Source: an uncultured Chloracidobacterium sp. (lineage in GTDB: Bacteria > Acidobacteriota > Blastocatellia > Pyrinomonadales > Pyrinomonadaceae). Taken from it: a stretch of DNA of 64,000 nucleotides. Positions 47,297 to 56,459 of this stretch are shown piece by piece. Every line of letters starts with the position of its first letter. Position 1 is the stretch's first letter. The stretch covers positions 9,949 through 73,948 of the forward strand of contig CALDGX010000049.1 of NCBI GenBank assembly GCA_937941715.1. The letters are read 5' to 3'. The notes below the pieces were generated by a model. It saw only the letters and a list, made by a program, of their open reading frames with translations, did no database searches and was not told the DNA's origin. The translations under genes and the position numbers were made by a program.

Positions 47297-49189
47297 ATGG
47301 AGATGAACGCCCTCAATGCCGCTTTGCTCGTCAATCTGATCGGTTTTACGGTCGGCGTGGCGTTGTACGGTCTGGTGGCCGCAATGGTCGTTCGGCATCG
47401 GTCAAGATCAAAGCCGGCCAGTGTCGATCTGCTGTTGCTGACGACTGCCGGTCTGGGCTTGTTGTGGAATCTCGGCGAGCTCTACTCGTTCATTCAGAAG
47501 GACTTCGCGCTGACCGGAATTTCACCCTGGCTTGCCGCGATATCATTTTCTGCGCTTGGTTTTTTGCCATCGGTTGTCGTCCACTCGGCACAGGCCGATG
47601 ACGAGGGAACGCACTGGCTGACGTACGCTGCGTACACGCTGAGCCTTCTGGCGGCGGGACTGCACTTTTACTCGGCGGCAGCCGGTAATGCCGTTCCGTC
47701 TGATCTCGCCTTACAGGCGCAAACGATCGGGGCGGTCGCGTTGGCAAGCGGGCTCTTGCTGTTCAACCTCAAGCAAACGCTGGAGAAAAAAACGATCTGG
47801 GCCAGTGCCCTGCTCGTCTTCGCGGTCTCCGCACTACACCTGAGCGGCGATCGCGAGGGCAACTCGTGGCTGATCGAGTTGATCGCGCATCAGGCGTCGC
47901 TGCCGCTGGCGTTGACGATCCTATATCAAAATTACAGGTTTGCTTTCGCTGACCTTTTCTTAAAGCGTGCTATCTCACTGATACTGCTTTCCCTGACGGC
48001 CTTTGGGCTTTACGTCGCGGTCGCTGCTCCGCTATTGCGCTATCACGAAACGCACGATCGCGACGACGCGTCGGCGATCAGCCTTATCCTAACGCTTTGG
48101 ATCGCGACCGCGCTTGTCTATCCGGCGTTATATCGGCTGGCGACATGGCTCGTCGATACGGTAATACTGCATCGCGGCGATTACGCCGAGTTGCAGGCGG
48201 ACATTTCGGCTGAGATCGAATCGATCGATACTGCCGAGGCTATACTCAGCCGCGTCTGCGAACGTGTCGGCGGCGGCCTGACGGCCGGAACTTCGCGTTG
48301 GTCGCCTGTACTGATCAAGGAATCGGATCTCGCCTTTGTCGATGTCGGATTTACGCCAAACGAAGCCCGGATCTTTGTTCCGACGGCTGAATCACCGTTT
48401 TTCGAGATCCGTTTGGGCGAGTTCTACGGCGGTCGGCGGCTGCTCTCCGACGAGGTCGCTACGCTTGAGGCGATATCGTTGATCACGGCACGGCGGATCG
48501 ACGCGGTCAGGGTGACGAAAGAGCGTTATGAGCAAGAGTTTCGACAACAGGAATTTGCCAAGCTCGCGGCCGAGGCACGCCTGACGGCCCTGCGGGCACA
48601 GCTCGATCCGCACTTTTTGTTCAATTCGCTGACGACGATAGGCTATCTGATCAAGGCAGACCCGGATAAGGCGTTCGACACTCTGCTGCGTCTGACCCAG
48701 CTTTTACGCGGAGTATTAAACTCAAACAGCGAATTTTGTCCGCTCGGTGACGAGATGCGGCTGATCGAAAGCTATCTCGAGATCGAAAGAGCTCGGTTTG
48801 AGGAACGATTGACCGTTGAGATAGATGTGCCGGACGAACTGCGGCGGATCGAGGTACCGGCACTCATATTGCAGCCGTTGGTCGAAAACGCCGTCAAGCA
48901 CGGTATTTCTGAAAACAAAAACGGCGGTACGATACGTATAACGGCGTGCCGAGGCGAAATTGACGGACGCCCGTCGCTCAAGCTCACGGTTTGCGATACG
49001 GGGGCCGGCAGCGGAGCCGGGAAACGCGGCGAGTCGAGCGGTTTAGGGCTGCGCAACATTCGCGAACGGCTTGCTGTCTATTATGGCGACAGAGCCAGCC
49101 TGACCTTTACTAGCGACCCCGCCAACGGCACGGCCGTTGAGGTCGAGTTTCCGGCCGATCGCCGGATCAGCACAGAAAGTGATGAATAA
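47297..49189 (+). CDS. LytS/YehU-type sensor histidine kinase with polytopic N-terminal sensor
   Basis: It has 6-8 N-terminal TM helices, a His_kinase (PF06580-type) motif LDPHFLFNSLTTIGYLI, and the HATPase motifs LVENAVKHG and DTGAG. Confidence 0.88.
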   Translation: MEMNALNAALLVNLIGFTVGVALYGLVAAMVVRHRSRSKPASVDLLLLTTAGLGLLWNLGELYSFIQKDFALTGISPWLAAISFSALGFLPSVVVHSAQADDEGTHWLTYAAYTLSLLAAGLHFYSAAAGNAVPSDLALQAQTIGAVALASGLLLFNLKQTLEKKTIWASALLVFAVSALHLSGDREGNSWLIELIAHQASLPLALTILYQNYRFAFADLFLKRAISLILLSLTAFGLYVAVAAPLLRYHETHDRDDASAISLILTLWIATALVYPALYRLATWLVDTVILHRGDYAELQADISAEIESIDTAEAILSRVCERVGGGLTAGTSRWSPVLIKESDLAFVDVGFTPNEARIFVPTAESPFFEIRLGEFYGGRRLLSDEVATLEAISLITARRIDAVRVTKERYEQEFRQQEFAKLAAEARLTALRAQLDPHFLFNSLTTIGYLIKADPDKAFDTLLRLTQLLRGVLNSNSEFCPLGDEMRLIESYLEIERARFEERLTVEIDVPDELRRIEVPALILQPLVENAVKHGISENKNGGTIRITACRGEIDGRPSLKLTVCDTGAGSGAGKRGESSGLGLRNIRERLAVYYGDRASLTFTSDPANGTAVEVEFPADRRISTESDE

Positions 49190-49961
49190 ACTCCGAGTAA
49201 TAATTGCTGACGACGAACGCCCGGCACGCGAGTTCCTAAAATCGGTCCTTCGCGAATTTGAGAACGTCGAGATCGTCGGCGAGGCCGAAAATGGCGCCGA
49301 CGCGGTCGAAATTATCAAGGCGGTCAAACCCGATCTGGCCTTTCTCGATCTTAAAATGCCGGAAATGTCGGGCCTCGAAGCTGTTCGGCTGCTCCGCAAG
49401 ACTCAAATGCCGCAGGTCGCCTTTGTGACCGCCCATGACGAATTTGCTGTTCAGGCGTTTGAGGTAAATGCCGTGGATTATCTTCTCAAGCCTGTTGAGC
49501 GTGCCCGAATTGCCGAGACGATAGCCCGTGCGGCAGAGCGGCTCGAACAGGAGGACTGGCGAAGCGTCGAGGCCGAGAAGATAAAGCGCGTTGCCGGAGC
49601 GTATGCCGACGCTGAGCGACATACCCTGATCGAACGCATTCCGGTACGGCAACGCGACGACATCGTGCTGATCCCTGTCGCTGAGGTCGCCTCGATCACC
49701 GCTGACGGCGAACTGCTGCATATCGTTACCGCCGCCGGTAAAAAATATGTTATCAATCACCGGCTTAAGGACCTCGAATTGCGGCTCGACCCCGAAGCCT
49801 TTGTACGCCTTTCGCGCGGTTGTCTTGCCAATCTCGCAATGATCCGCACGATCCACCCGATGCCCGGCGGCACATACCTGGTCTCGCTACTAAACGGTGA
49901 AAAGCACGCATCGAGCCGTCTTCAGTCCAAGATCCTGAGAAACAAGGTACTTAAGATCTAG
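49182..49961 (+). CDS. LytR/AlgR (LytTR DNA-binding) response regulator
   Basis: ATG 49182 overlaps the kinase stop by 8 nt. The receiver domain contains VIIADDE and DLKMPEMSG, and the LytTR-type C-terminus contains IPV....DIVLIPVAEVASITADGELLHI. Confidence 0.9.
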   Translation: MNKLRVIIADDERPAREFLKSVLREFENVEIVGEAENGADAVEIIKAVKPDLAFLDLKMPEMSGLEAVRLLRKTQMPQVAFVTAHDEFAVQAFEVNAVDYLLKPVERARIAETIARAAERLEQEDWRSVEAEKIKRVAGAYADAERHTLIERIPVRQRDDIVLIPVAEVASITADGELLHIVTAAGKKYVINHRLKDLELRLDPEAFVRLSRGCLANLAMIRTIHPMPGGTYLVSLLNGEKHASSRLQSKILRNKVLKI

Positions 49962-50100
49962 TGGTTCAAAACCGCCGTTCATTCCGACTTCTCGACCGTT
50001 CGTTAAAAAAATGTTGAAAAGGAGCGGCAAAGTACTGAGAATCTCGAAGACTCGGTCTTAGCCGAGTCATTTCCTTGAAAGCCAAAAGCTGCACGAGGAA

Positions 50101-50128
50101 GGAGGAACCGTCGGGAAGCGGTTCCTCC
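50101..50128 (-). terminator. Hairpin downstream of the small peptide gene (weak terminator)
   Basis: A 10-bp stem (ggaggaaccg / cggttcctcc) with an 8-nt loop is followed on the minus strand by only a modest T-rich stretch. Confidence 0.35.
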
Positions 50129-50217
50129 CCAATGATAAAGGGTCCAAAGTGAATTCACACCATGGACCCCAAACCTCGGGAAGAACCAATACAACAAGCT
50201 GCAGAATACAGGAAAAG

Positions 50218-50436
50218 TTACTCGAACATTCCTTTGACGAACGTCACAACAGTATGAAACAAGCAAGTGCATTGCGTGCCGTCTCCACACTCTTTACTGG
50301 GCGTGAAGTGGCCCTTTTTGTCAACGCAATTTCTGCCGGTTTGCGGATTATTTAGAACATCCGCAGCACTGACAATACCTACAAACGAAAACGCGATCAC
50401 TAAAGTGAGCAGCGTCGCCGATAGATATCTTTTCAT
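50218..50436 (-). CDS. Small secreted Cys-containing peptide (72-aa precursor, about 48-aa mature)
   Basis: An AGGAGA ribosome-binding site lies 8 nt before the ATG. It has a classical signal peptide (MKRYLSATLLTLVIAFSFVGIVSA|AD) and the mature part has four Cys. I recognise no family. Confidence 0.55.
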   Translation of the reverse strand: MKRYLSATLLTLVIAFSFVGIVSAADVLNNPQTGRNCVDKKGHFTPSKECGDGTQCTCLFHTVVTFVKGMFE

Positions 50437-50599
50437 ATAGGAATTCTCCTGAAATCAAATGGTGCTCTTTGAAAGACCCGGGAAGAATTGCCGCCAGCAC
50501 CTACGAGGCTGCAAAAGTCGATTCAGAGCTGATAATATACCGATTATTTTGTTTGTACAACCATTTATCGGGTTGCGACTTAGTTGATCCAAGATAGCT

Positions 50600-51028
50600 A
50601 TGCAGAACTTTTTGAAATGGATGTCTCGATTGACCGCGATCTTTCTCGCGGGTGTGGTTGCGATCCTTTTGCTATCGGGCACAAATGTCGTGTCAATCGG
50701 CACAGTGCTTGTTGCCGTCCTCCTCGGTCTAGCAAGTCAAATTGGCCTTTTCGTCTCGCCATCGGCAGTTGACTGGAGCGCCGGTTTGAAAAAGACCGTC
50801 TTTGTTTCGATGCTGCCATCTGTCTTTTGGCTGATACGGCAGGCCTACTCCGACGGGGTCAACGTCTATCGACTCTCCACATCCGGATCAAATGATGAGA
50901 TATTGGAGCATGTACTCGAATTGCTGTTCGTCGGGGCTCTCCTCGTCCTATATTTTGTTCAATCGATAAGACTGTCCGCCGAATTCCTTGTCAAGCCGGC
51001 GGTCGCCCGCATTGACACATCTGAGTAA
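50600..51028 (+). CDS. Hypothetical 4-TM membrane protein (142 aa)
   Basis: It has four hydrophobic helices and is transcribed divergently from the small peptide gene. There is no obvious ribosome-binding site and I recognise no family. Confidence 0.45.
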   Translation: MQNFLKWMSRLTAIFLAGVVAILLLSGTNVVSIGTVLVAVLLGLASQIGLFVSPSAVDWSAGLKKTVFVSMLPSVFWLIRQAYSDGVNVYRLSTSGSNDEILEHVLELLFVGALLVLYFVQSIRLSAEFLVKPAVARIDTSE

Positions 51029-51158
51029 CCCGCTAATGCGACTTTCAGCCAACTTATGGACGCAAAAGCTCCACTCGTTGAATAAATAAGGCGTGCTTCA
51101 TTGATTTCTGTCAACCTGACGAATTCGGCAACCTAGGCTATTTAGTTGAGGCACGTAA

Positions 51159-51572
51159 ATGCACATCAGGTATTATTCGCAACAGATTTTTTCGATATTG
51201 GATCGGACCGGAGCAACGGTTCCTTGGGTTTGCGCTGTTCATTGTCTTTTAATGCCAATCGCTGCCTCGTTTCTTCCCATATTCGGCATCTCGTTTTTTG
51301 CCGATGAAGGATTTGAAGTGGTTTTTATCGGAATGTCTTTGTTGATCGCCGCGATCAGCCTTTTGCCCGGCTACGTCCGACATCACCGAAAATTACAGGT
51401 CCTGATCCTCTTTACTGTCGGAATAATTCTTGTCATTCTCGCCGACATTCTGTTCGGGAGCAACCTATTCGGGAAATCAGTCCTGATCTTAGTCGGCGCG
51501 ATGATGATAACCGGGTCACATACCCTGAATCGCCGATTTTGCCGAGCGTGTTATCTGTGTGAAAAGCCTTAG
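51159..51572 (+). CDS. MerC-domain-like membrane protein
   Basis: It is 137 aa with four TM helices. The first helix carries CAVHC (WVCAVHCLLMPIAASFLP) and the C-terminus carries CRACYLC. Confidence 0.55.
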   Translation: MHIRYYSQQIFSILDRTGATVPWVCAVHCLLMPIAASFLPIFGISFFADEGFEVVFIGMSLLIAAISLLPGYVRHHRKLQVLILFTVGIILVILADILFGSNLFGKSVLILVGAMMITGSHTLNRRFCRACYLCEKP

Positions 51573-51704
51573 CCGCTTGTTTGTATGAGAGAACAGTCCA
51601 TTCGACTAAAATACCATTCATTGAAAAGACATTTACTATGTGCTCCAAAAACTGTTTGCTTAAGCTTTAACGCTTTTCTCTAGAGGTTTGAATAAAAAAC
51701 AATC

Positions 51705-54047
51705 ATGTCCAAGTACTTGAAGGCAATTTTCTTAGTTTTAGTTTTTTCAGTAGCCGGATTTGCACAAGCAAACGGCAAGATCAGCGGTAAAGTCACCAGC
51801 CAGATCAACTCACTTCCGGTCGCAAACGTATCGATTCAGATCACACAACTTAAGCTGTCGGTCGAAACGGACGATCAGGGTGGATATGAGTTTAGCAACA
51901 TACCTCCGGGTAGATACACGTTGGTCACACACGTTGACGGCTTTGCCGATCAGGTACAGAACATTGTTCTTGTCGCCGGGGCAAACGGGGTTGCCGACTT
52001 TTCGCTCAGTATCAACGCGTTACAGGCTCAGGTGACCGTAACTGCCAGCGGTTCTGAAGAGTCGGTATTTGAGTCATTTCAATCCGTAAATGCGATCGGG
52101 TCGACACGCATTCTGGAACAGGCAAGCACATCGGTCGGCGAAGTGATCGAACGTGAGGCTGGCGTAGGCAAACGCTCATTCGGTCCGGGAACGTCCCGGC
52201 CGGTGATCCGCGGTTTCGACGGTGACCGCGTGCTGGTATTGCAGGACGGAGCCCGCAATGGTTCGGTCGCATCTCAATCCGGCGATCACGGGGAACCGAT
52301 CGACACGATGAACCTCGAACGATTGGAGGTGATAAAGGGACCGGCCACACTTCTGTATGGGTCAAATGCGATCGGCGGTGTTGTTAATGCCGTCACCTCA
52401 GATGAAGGCGATGCTCACCCCGGGATACGCGGCTATTTAAGCGGACTGGGAGCGACGAATAATAAACAGGGCGGTCTCTCGGGCGGCGTCGAATATGGCT
52501 TCAAAAAGCTCCTGCTTAACATCAACGCTAACACGATGCGCGAGGGCGATTTCAAAACTCCGCTCGGCCCCATTCCAAATTCGGCAGCAAAGTCGTACGG
52601 CGGCGGAACGAGTCTCGGCTATTTCGCGGACAAAGGGTTTATTGTCGGGTCCTTCGGTGTAGACCGTCGTCGTTATGGCATACCGTATGCTCCGCTATTT
52701 GAGGCGGGCGAATTGCTAAGCGACGGCAACGGCAACCCGTGCACACTGACTCCGACCTTTGGTCCGGCGACTTGCCAATATGATATCGAATACATTAAGG
52801 CAAGGTTTGCGGACACCCTGCCGGACGTACCCGACGAGGCGATCGACATTCGGATGCGGCGAAATAACTACCGCGTCAAGGGCGGATTTCGTGATCTAAA
52901 AGGAGCGATCCAGCAGGGCAATTTCTACGTCGACTTTACAAAATATCGTCACGAAGAAATTGAAACAGCCGGTGGTATTGATACGACAGCGACCAATTTC
53001 TTTAACGACACGCTATCGTACAGAGCCTCGTTTCAGCAGGCTAAATATAAGAACCTTTCAGGACAATTCGGCTTTGACGGCTTTAACCGAAGCTATCTGA
53101 CCGAAGGGGCCGAGCAGCTCGTTGACGGGCGAGTGCGGCATAATAACTTCTCGGTGTTTGGCTTGCAGGAGCTGACGTTTGACCGAGTATCATTTCAATT
53201 TGGCGGCCGGGTTGAGACCAATCGATATGATCCGGCAAATAAGGCACTCTACTCGGCCCGCAATTTCACCGGATTCTCGGGTGCCGCGGCAGCTCGAATC
53301 CGACTTTGGGAGGGTGCGGCGTTCATTGCCAGCTTCAACAGCGCATATCGTGCCCCGGCTCTCGAAGAACTTTACAACGAAGGCCCGCACGTCGGCACCG
53401 TGACGTTTGAGATCGGAGATCAAGATCTAAAGCGCGAGCGGTCGACCGGCATCGAATTCAGCCTTAGACAGCAGATCAAGCGATTTAGGCTCAACGGCAG
53501 TTTTTATAATTACAATATAGACAATTTCGTATTTCTCCGCCCCGAGGATGCCGACGGTGATGGAAATATCGATGTCGACGATAATCTGCCGGTCGCAGCT
53601 TATACGCAGGATAAAGCTCGCTTCATGGGCGTCGACCTTTCGGCTGATGTGGATATTACGGACTGGCTGGGAGCATTCGTTTCGGCAGACGTGGTAAATG
53701 CCAAACTCACCGCAAGTCAGATCCAACTTCCGCGAATACCGCCCGGAAGGGTCCGTGCTGGTGTAGAATTTAGATACAAAGGCCTTTCGGTCCGTCCCGA
53801 AGCGATCTTCACCGTGCCGCGAAAACAGCTTGACGTTTTCCCTTTGGAAACCACAACGGCCGGCTACGGACTGTTCAATATCAACGCATCTTACACCATC
53901 GCTCAAAAGCACGCGGCCCACACGTTTTCGGTGGGCACAACAAACCTCGGCGACCGGTTGTATCGCAATCACCTTTCGTTTATCAAGGATCTCGCTCCGG
54001 AGCAAGGCCGAAACTTTCGCTTCAGCTATTCCGTGAGGTTCTTTTAG
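51705..54047 (+). CDS. TonB-dependent receptor with N-terminal CarboxypepD_reg-like domain
   Basis: A signal peptide is followed by GKISGKVTS...PGRYTLV (CarboxypepD_reg). The plug motif is NLERLEVIKGPATLLYGSNAIGGVVN and the C-terminal beta-barrel ends in ...FSYSVRFF. Confidence 0.9.
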   Translation: MSKYLKAIFLVLVFSVAGFAQANGKISGKVTSQINSLPVANVSIQITQLKLSVETDDQGGYEFSNIPPGRYTLVTHVDGFADQVQNIVLVAGANGVADFSLSINALQAQVTVTASGSEESVFESFQSVNAIGSTRILEQASTSVGEVIEREAGVGKRSFGPGTSRPVIRGFDGDRVLVLQDGARNGSVASQSGDHGEPIDTMNLERLEVIKGPATLLYGSNAIGGVVNAVTSDEGDAHPGIRGYLSGLGATNNKQGGLSGGVEYGFKKLLLNINANTMREGDFKTPLGPIPNSAAKSYGGGTSLGYFADKGFIVGSFGVDRRRYGIPYAPLFEAGELLSDGNGNPCTLTPTFGPATCQYDIEYIKARFADTLPDVPDEAIDIRMRRNNYRVKGGFRDLKGAIQQGNFYVDFTKYRHEEIETAGGIDTTATNFFNDTLSYRASFQQAKYKNLSGQFGFDGFNRSYLTEGAEQLVDGRVRHNNFSVFGLQELTFDRVSFQFGGRVETNRYDPANKALYSARNFTGFSGAAAARIRLWEGAAFIASFNSAYRAPALEELYNEGPHVGTVTFEIGDQDLKRERSTGIEFSLRQQIKRFRLNGSFYNYNIDNFVFLRPEDADGDGNIDVDDNLPVAAYTQDKARFMGVDLSADVDITDWLGAFVSADVVNAKLTASQIQLPRIPPGRVRAGVEFRYKGLSVRPEAIFTVPRKQLDVFPLETTTAGYGLFNINASYTIAQKHAAHTFSVGTTNLGDRLYRNHLSFIKDLAPEQGRNFRFSYSVRFF

Positions 54048-54076
54048 TTAGATTGGAGGAAAACAAAGAAAGAAAA

Positions 54077-54106
54077 GCCTTGTTCCTAACGGAGCAGGGC
54101 TTTTTT
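54077..54106 (+). terminator. Rho-independent terminator after the TonB-dependent receptor gene
   Basis: The stem gccttgttcc / ggagcagggc (two G-U pairs) has a taac tetraloop and is followed by tttttt. Confidence 0.7.
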
Positions 54107-54199
54107 CCTGGTCGTACTTAGCCAAGGCTACGAAACCGGTGTTTGTTTTTGCTACGGCGGTTCATCCAAGATCAATTTATCTTAATCGATCAAAAAGCG

Positions 54200-54319
54200 G
54201 AGACTGAGCGTGCCGTGATATTGATTCACGAGTGATGGGGCCTCAGTGACCACATCAAGGACATTTCGCCCGAGATCGGCCGCGGAGTGCGTGTGAGTTA
54301 TACGTTGAGATATTTCTGA
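54200..54319 (+). pseudogene. Decayed fragment of a dienelactone-hydrolase paralogue (matches codons 27-48 of the intact gene at 56460)
   Basis: Bases 54200-54265 match 56538-56603 at 59 of 66 nt. The fragment translates as ETERAVILIHE*WGLSDHIKDI against ETERAVILIHEWWGLNDHIKDI, so TGG has become an in-frame TGA. It has no start codon, and similarity fades after about 54265-54290. Confidence 0.7.
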
Positions 54320-54343
54320 TCTGACTTGTTTGATAGATCATAA

Positions 54344-54377
54344 AGGCCCGGCACCGTTTTGTGCCGGGCCTTTTTTT
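54344..54377 (+). terminator. Rho-independent terminator with no intact gene upstream
   Basis: An 11-bp stem (aggcccggcac / gtgccgggcct) is followed by ttttttt. Its core resembles the terminator after the intact dienelactone-hydrolase gene (57161-57197). Confidence 0.75.
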
Positions 54378-54448
54378 GCTTTCACTTTTGAGGAAAATCT
54401 GATAAGTTTCTCGTCAAAATTAGACATCTCCTGTTTGTCGCTCGTCCC

Positions 54449-56374
54449 ATGAATTTTGAACAATATGTTTCGCTGATCCGCCGGCTTGAAGATTACGCAT
54501 CCTCAAATCCGAGCTCCTATCAATATCGGGTTTACGGGTTGGCGATGCTCGGATACCTATATTTTATAGGGCTGATTTCTCTTTTCACGCTGCCGATCGG
54601 AATCGTTGTCGCCGGGTTGATCCTCGCTCCCGGTGAAACTCTCCGTGTCCTCTTAATGGCCGCCAAATTGTGGTGGATCATAATACCCGGTATCGGCGTA
54701 TTTTTTGGCTTTCTGGGAGGCGCCATTCGCTCGATCTTTGCAAAAGTACCTGAACCCGAGGGTCTCTCGATCGAACGTACCGCAGCTCCCGAACTGTTCG
54801 ATTTTGTCGCCGATACATCCAAGGCTCTCGCCACACAAAGTCCGAAGCGAGTTCAGATCACTGATGAATTTAACGCCTCGGTGGTAACATTGCCGCGGTT
54901 CGGTATTTTTGGCCGAAAGGTCTATTTACGGCTTGGCCTCCCGCTCATGAGGGCTCTATCGCCTGAGCAGTTTAAGGCTGTGATCGCGCATGAATTGGGC
55001 CACGTTTCGGGCAGAAACGGTGCTTTTGGTAAATGGGCGTTTCAAGTGCAGGAAGCGTGGGATCGATTCATTCAGTCGCAGGAAGCGGCGGATAACAGAT
55101 TCGCGTCGCTGTATGAACGCTTCGTTAAATGGTATTTCCCGTATTTTTCCGCTTATTCATTTGTCTTGATGCGTGAGAATGAGAAAGAAGCTGATCAAGA
55201 CGCGGTTAGATTGGCGGGCTCAAAACATTTGGGCGAAGCACTGATCGCTCTTCACACCCGCGACACCGAACTGCAAGAAAATTTCTGGAAGGCGGTCCAT
55301 CAGGAGAATCTTGAAAATCCCGATCCATCCCCGCGTCTCTTTTCCCGAATGTTGGGAGCGATGACGTTCGTCAACCGCGAACGTGAGCGCCTAACGCTCG
55401 AAAAGGCGGTTTCTGTTCCAACGGATTACGGTGACACACATCCGTCTCTCAGCGATCGGCTTCGCCTGATAGGCTATTGGGATGGCTCTGACCTGCCAAC
55501 CTTACCGACCGTTCCGGATCAGAACGCAGCCGAAGTATTTCTCGGGAACTCAGCAGATGCGTTTGCCGCCAGTTTTGATGAATCCTGGGATGAAAAGGCG
55601 GCAAAAGACTGGAAGACGCGTTACGACCATTTTCAGGAATCACAAAAGCGGCTTGATGAGCTTGATACTAAAGCTAAGAGTGAGGATCTGACCGACGAAG
55701 AAATGGTCGAGATCGCGTTGCGCATCGCTGAAAAGCAAAGCCCCGAAATTGCTCTGCCCACACTTGAAAGCGCCGCCGAAAAATACCCTGAGAGTGCGCT
55801 CGTGAAATACAATTTGGCCGGAGTTCGGCTGGCACTCGGAGACGAACGCGGTATCGCAGACGCTGAGCTTGCAATAGAACTTGACGAGAGTTACCGTCTC
55901 GCAGGAAGTGAGTTGATCTTTGAGTACCTTCGCGGCAAGGGTCGAATAGACGAAGCTAAAAAATACGCCAACACCGCGGAGAGGCAATATGAGATGCTCG
56001 GCCTTGCGCAAAAGGAACGCGACACGGTGCAGCCGGGAGACAATTTCGAACCTCACTCATTGCCGCAAGATCTGATCGATCTTATACCGGTAAAACTCGG
56101 AACTTTCGAGGAGATCACGGCCGTCTATCTCGTCAAAAAGGTCGTCCAGTATTTTCAGGAAATACCTATGCACGTTATGTTCATCGATGTTCGGCCGACC
56201 AAAACGTTCAATAGGGCCGGCGATCTGAGTCCTTCCGAGATATTAAAGATCGTGACGGATCGGTTTGGCGACACCGAGATCAATTTCTTTGCCGTACTTG
56301 TGACCCAGTTAGCTGCACTTAAACCACACCTCGAGAAGATCGAGGGGGCCAAGGTATTTAGTCGAGGTCATTGA
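54449..56374 (+). CDS. M48-family zinc metallopeptidase with N-terminal TM helices and C-terminal TPR-like region
   Basis: It contains HELGHV (HExxH) after two or three TM segments, a downstream E (ENEKEAD), and helical repeats in the C-terminal 250 aa. Confidence 0.8.
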   Translation: MNFEQYVSLIRRLEDYASSNPSSYQYRVYGLAMLGYLYFIGLISLFTLPIGIVVAGLILAPGETLRVLLMAAKLWWIIIPGIGVFFGFLGGAIRSIFAKVPEPEGLSIERTAAPELFDFVADTSKALATQSPKRVQITDEFNASVVTLPRFGIFGRKVYLRLGLPLMRALSPEQFKAVIAHELGHVSGRNGAFGKWAFQVQEAWDRFIQSQEAADNRFASLYERFVKWYFPYFSAYSFVLMRENEKEADQDAVRLAGSKHLGEALIALHTRDTELQENFWKAVHQENLENPDPSPRLFSRMLGAMTFVNRERERLTLEKAVSVPTDYGDTHPSLSDRLRLIGYWDGSDLPTLPTVPDQNAAEVFLGNSADAFAASFDESWDEKAAKDWKTRYDHFQESQKRLDELDTKAKSEDLTDEEMVEIALRIAEKQSPEIALPTLESAAEKYPESALVKYNLAGVRLALGDERGIADAELAIELDESYRLAGSELIFEYLRGKGRIDEAKKYANTAERQYEMLGLAQKERDTVQPGDNFEPHSLPQDLIDLIPVKLGTFEEITAVYLVKKVVQYFQEIPMHVMFIDVRPTKTFNRAGDLSPSEILKIVTDRFGDTEINFFAVLVTQLAALKPHLEKIEGAKVFSRGH

Positions 56375-56459
56375 TACGATGTCGGCAGCTTATCTCATTC
56401 CAGGCCGGTTTCAGGTATAATCGTCTATTGGTTCGCAGCCAATTTATCGGAGGGGTTTT

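Noticed and set aside
50149-50355. A 68-aa plus-strand ORF antisense to the small secreted peptide gene.
   Set aside because: It has no ribosome-binding site or signal features. The minus-strand ORF has both a strong ribosome-binding site and a canonical signal peptide.
54107-54199. Possible extension of the dienelactone-hydrolase remnant upstream, to codons 1-26.
   Set aside because: I found only a short, gapped resemblance (acggcggttcatcc against acggcgttcgtagcc) at inconsistent spacing. That is not distinguishable from chance by eye.
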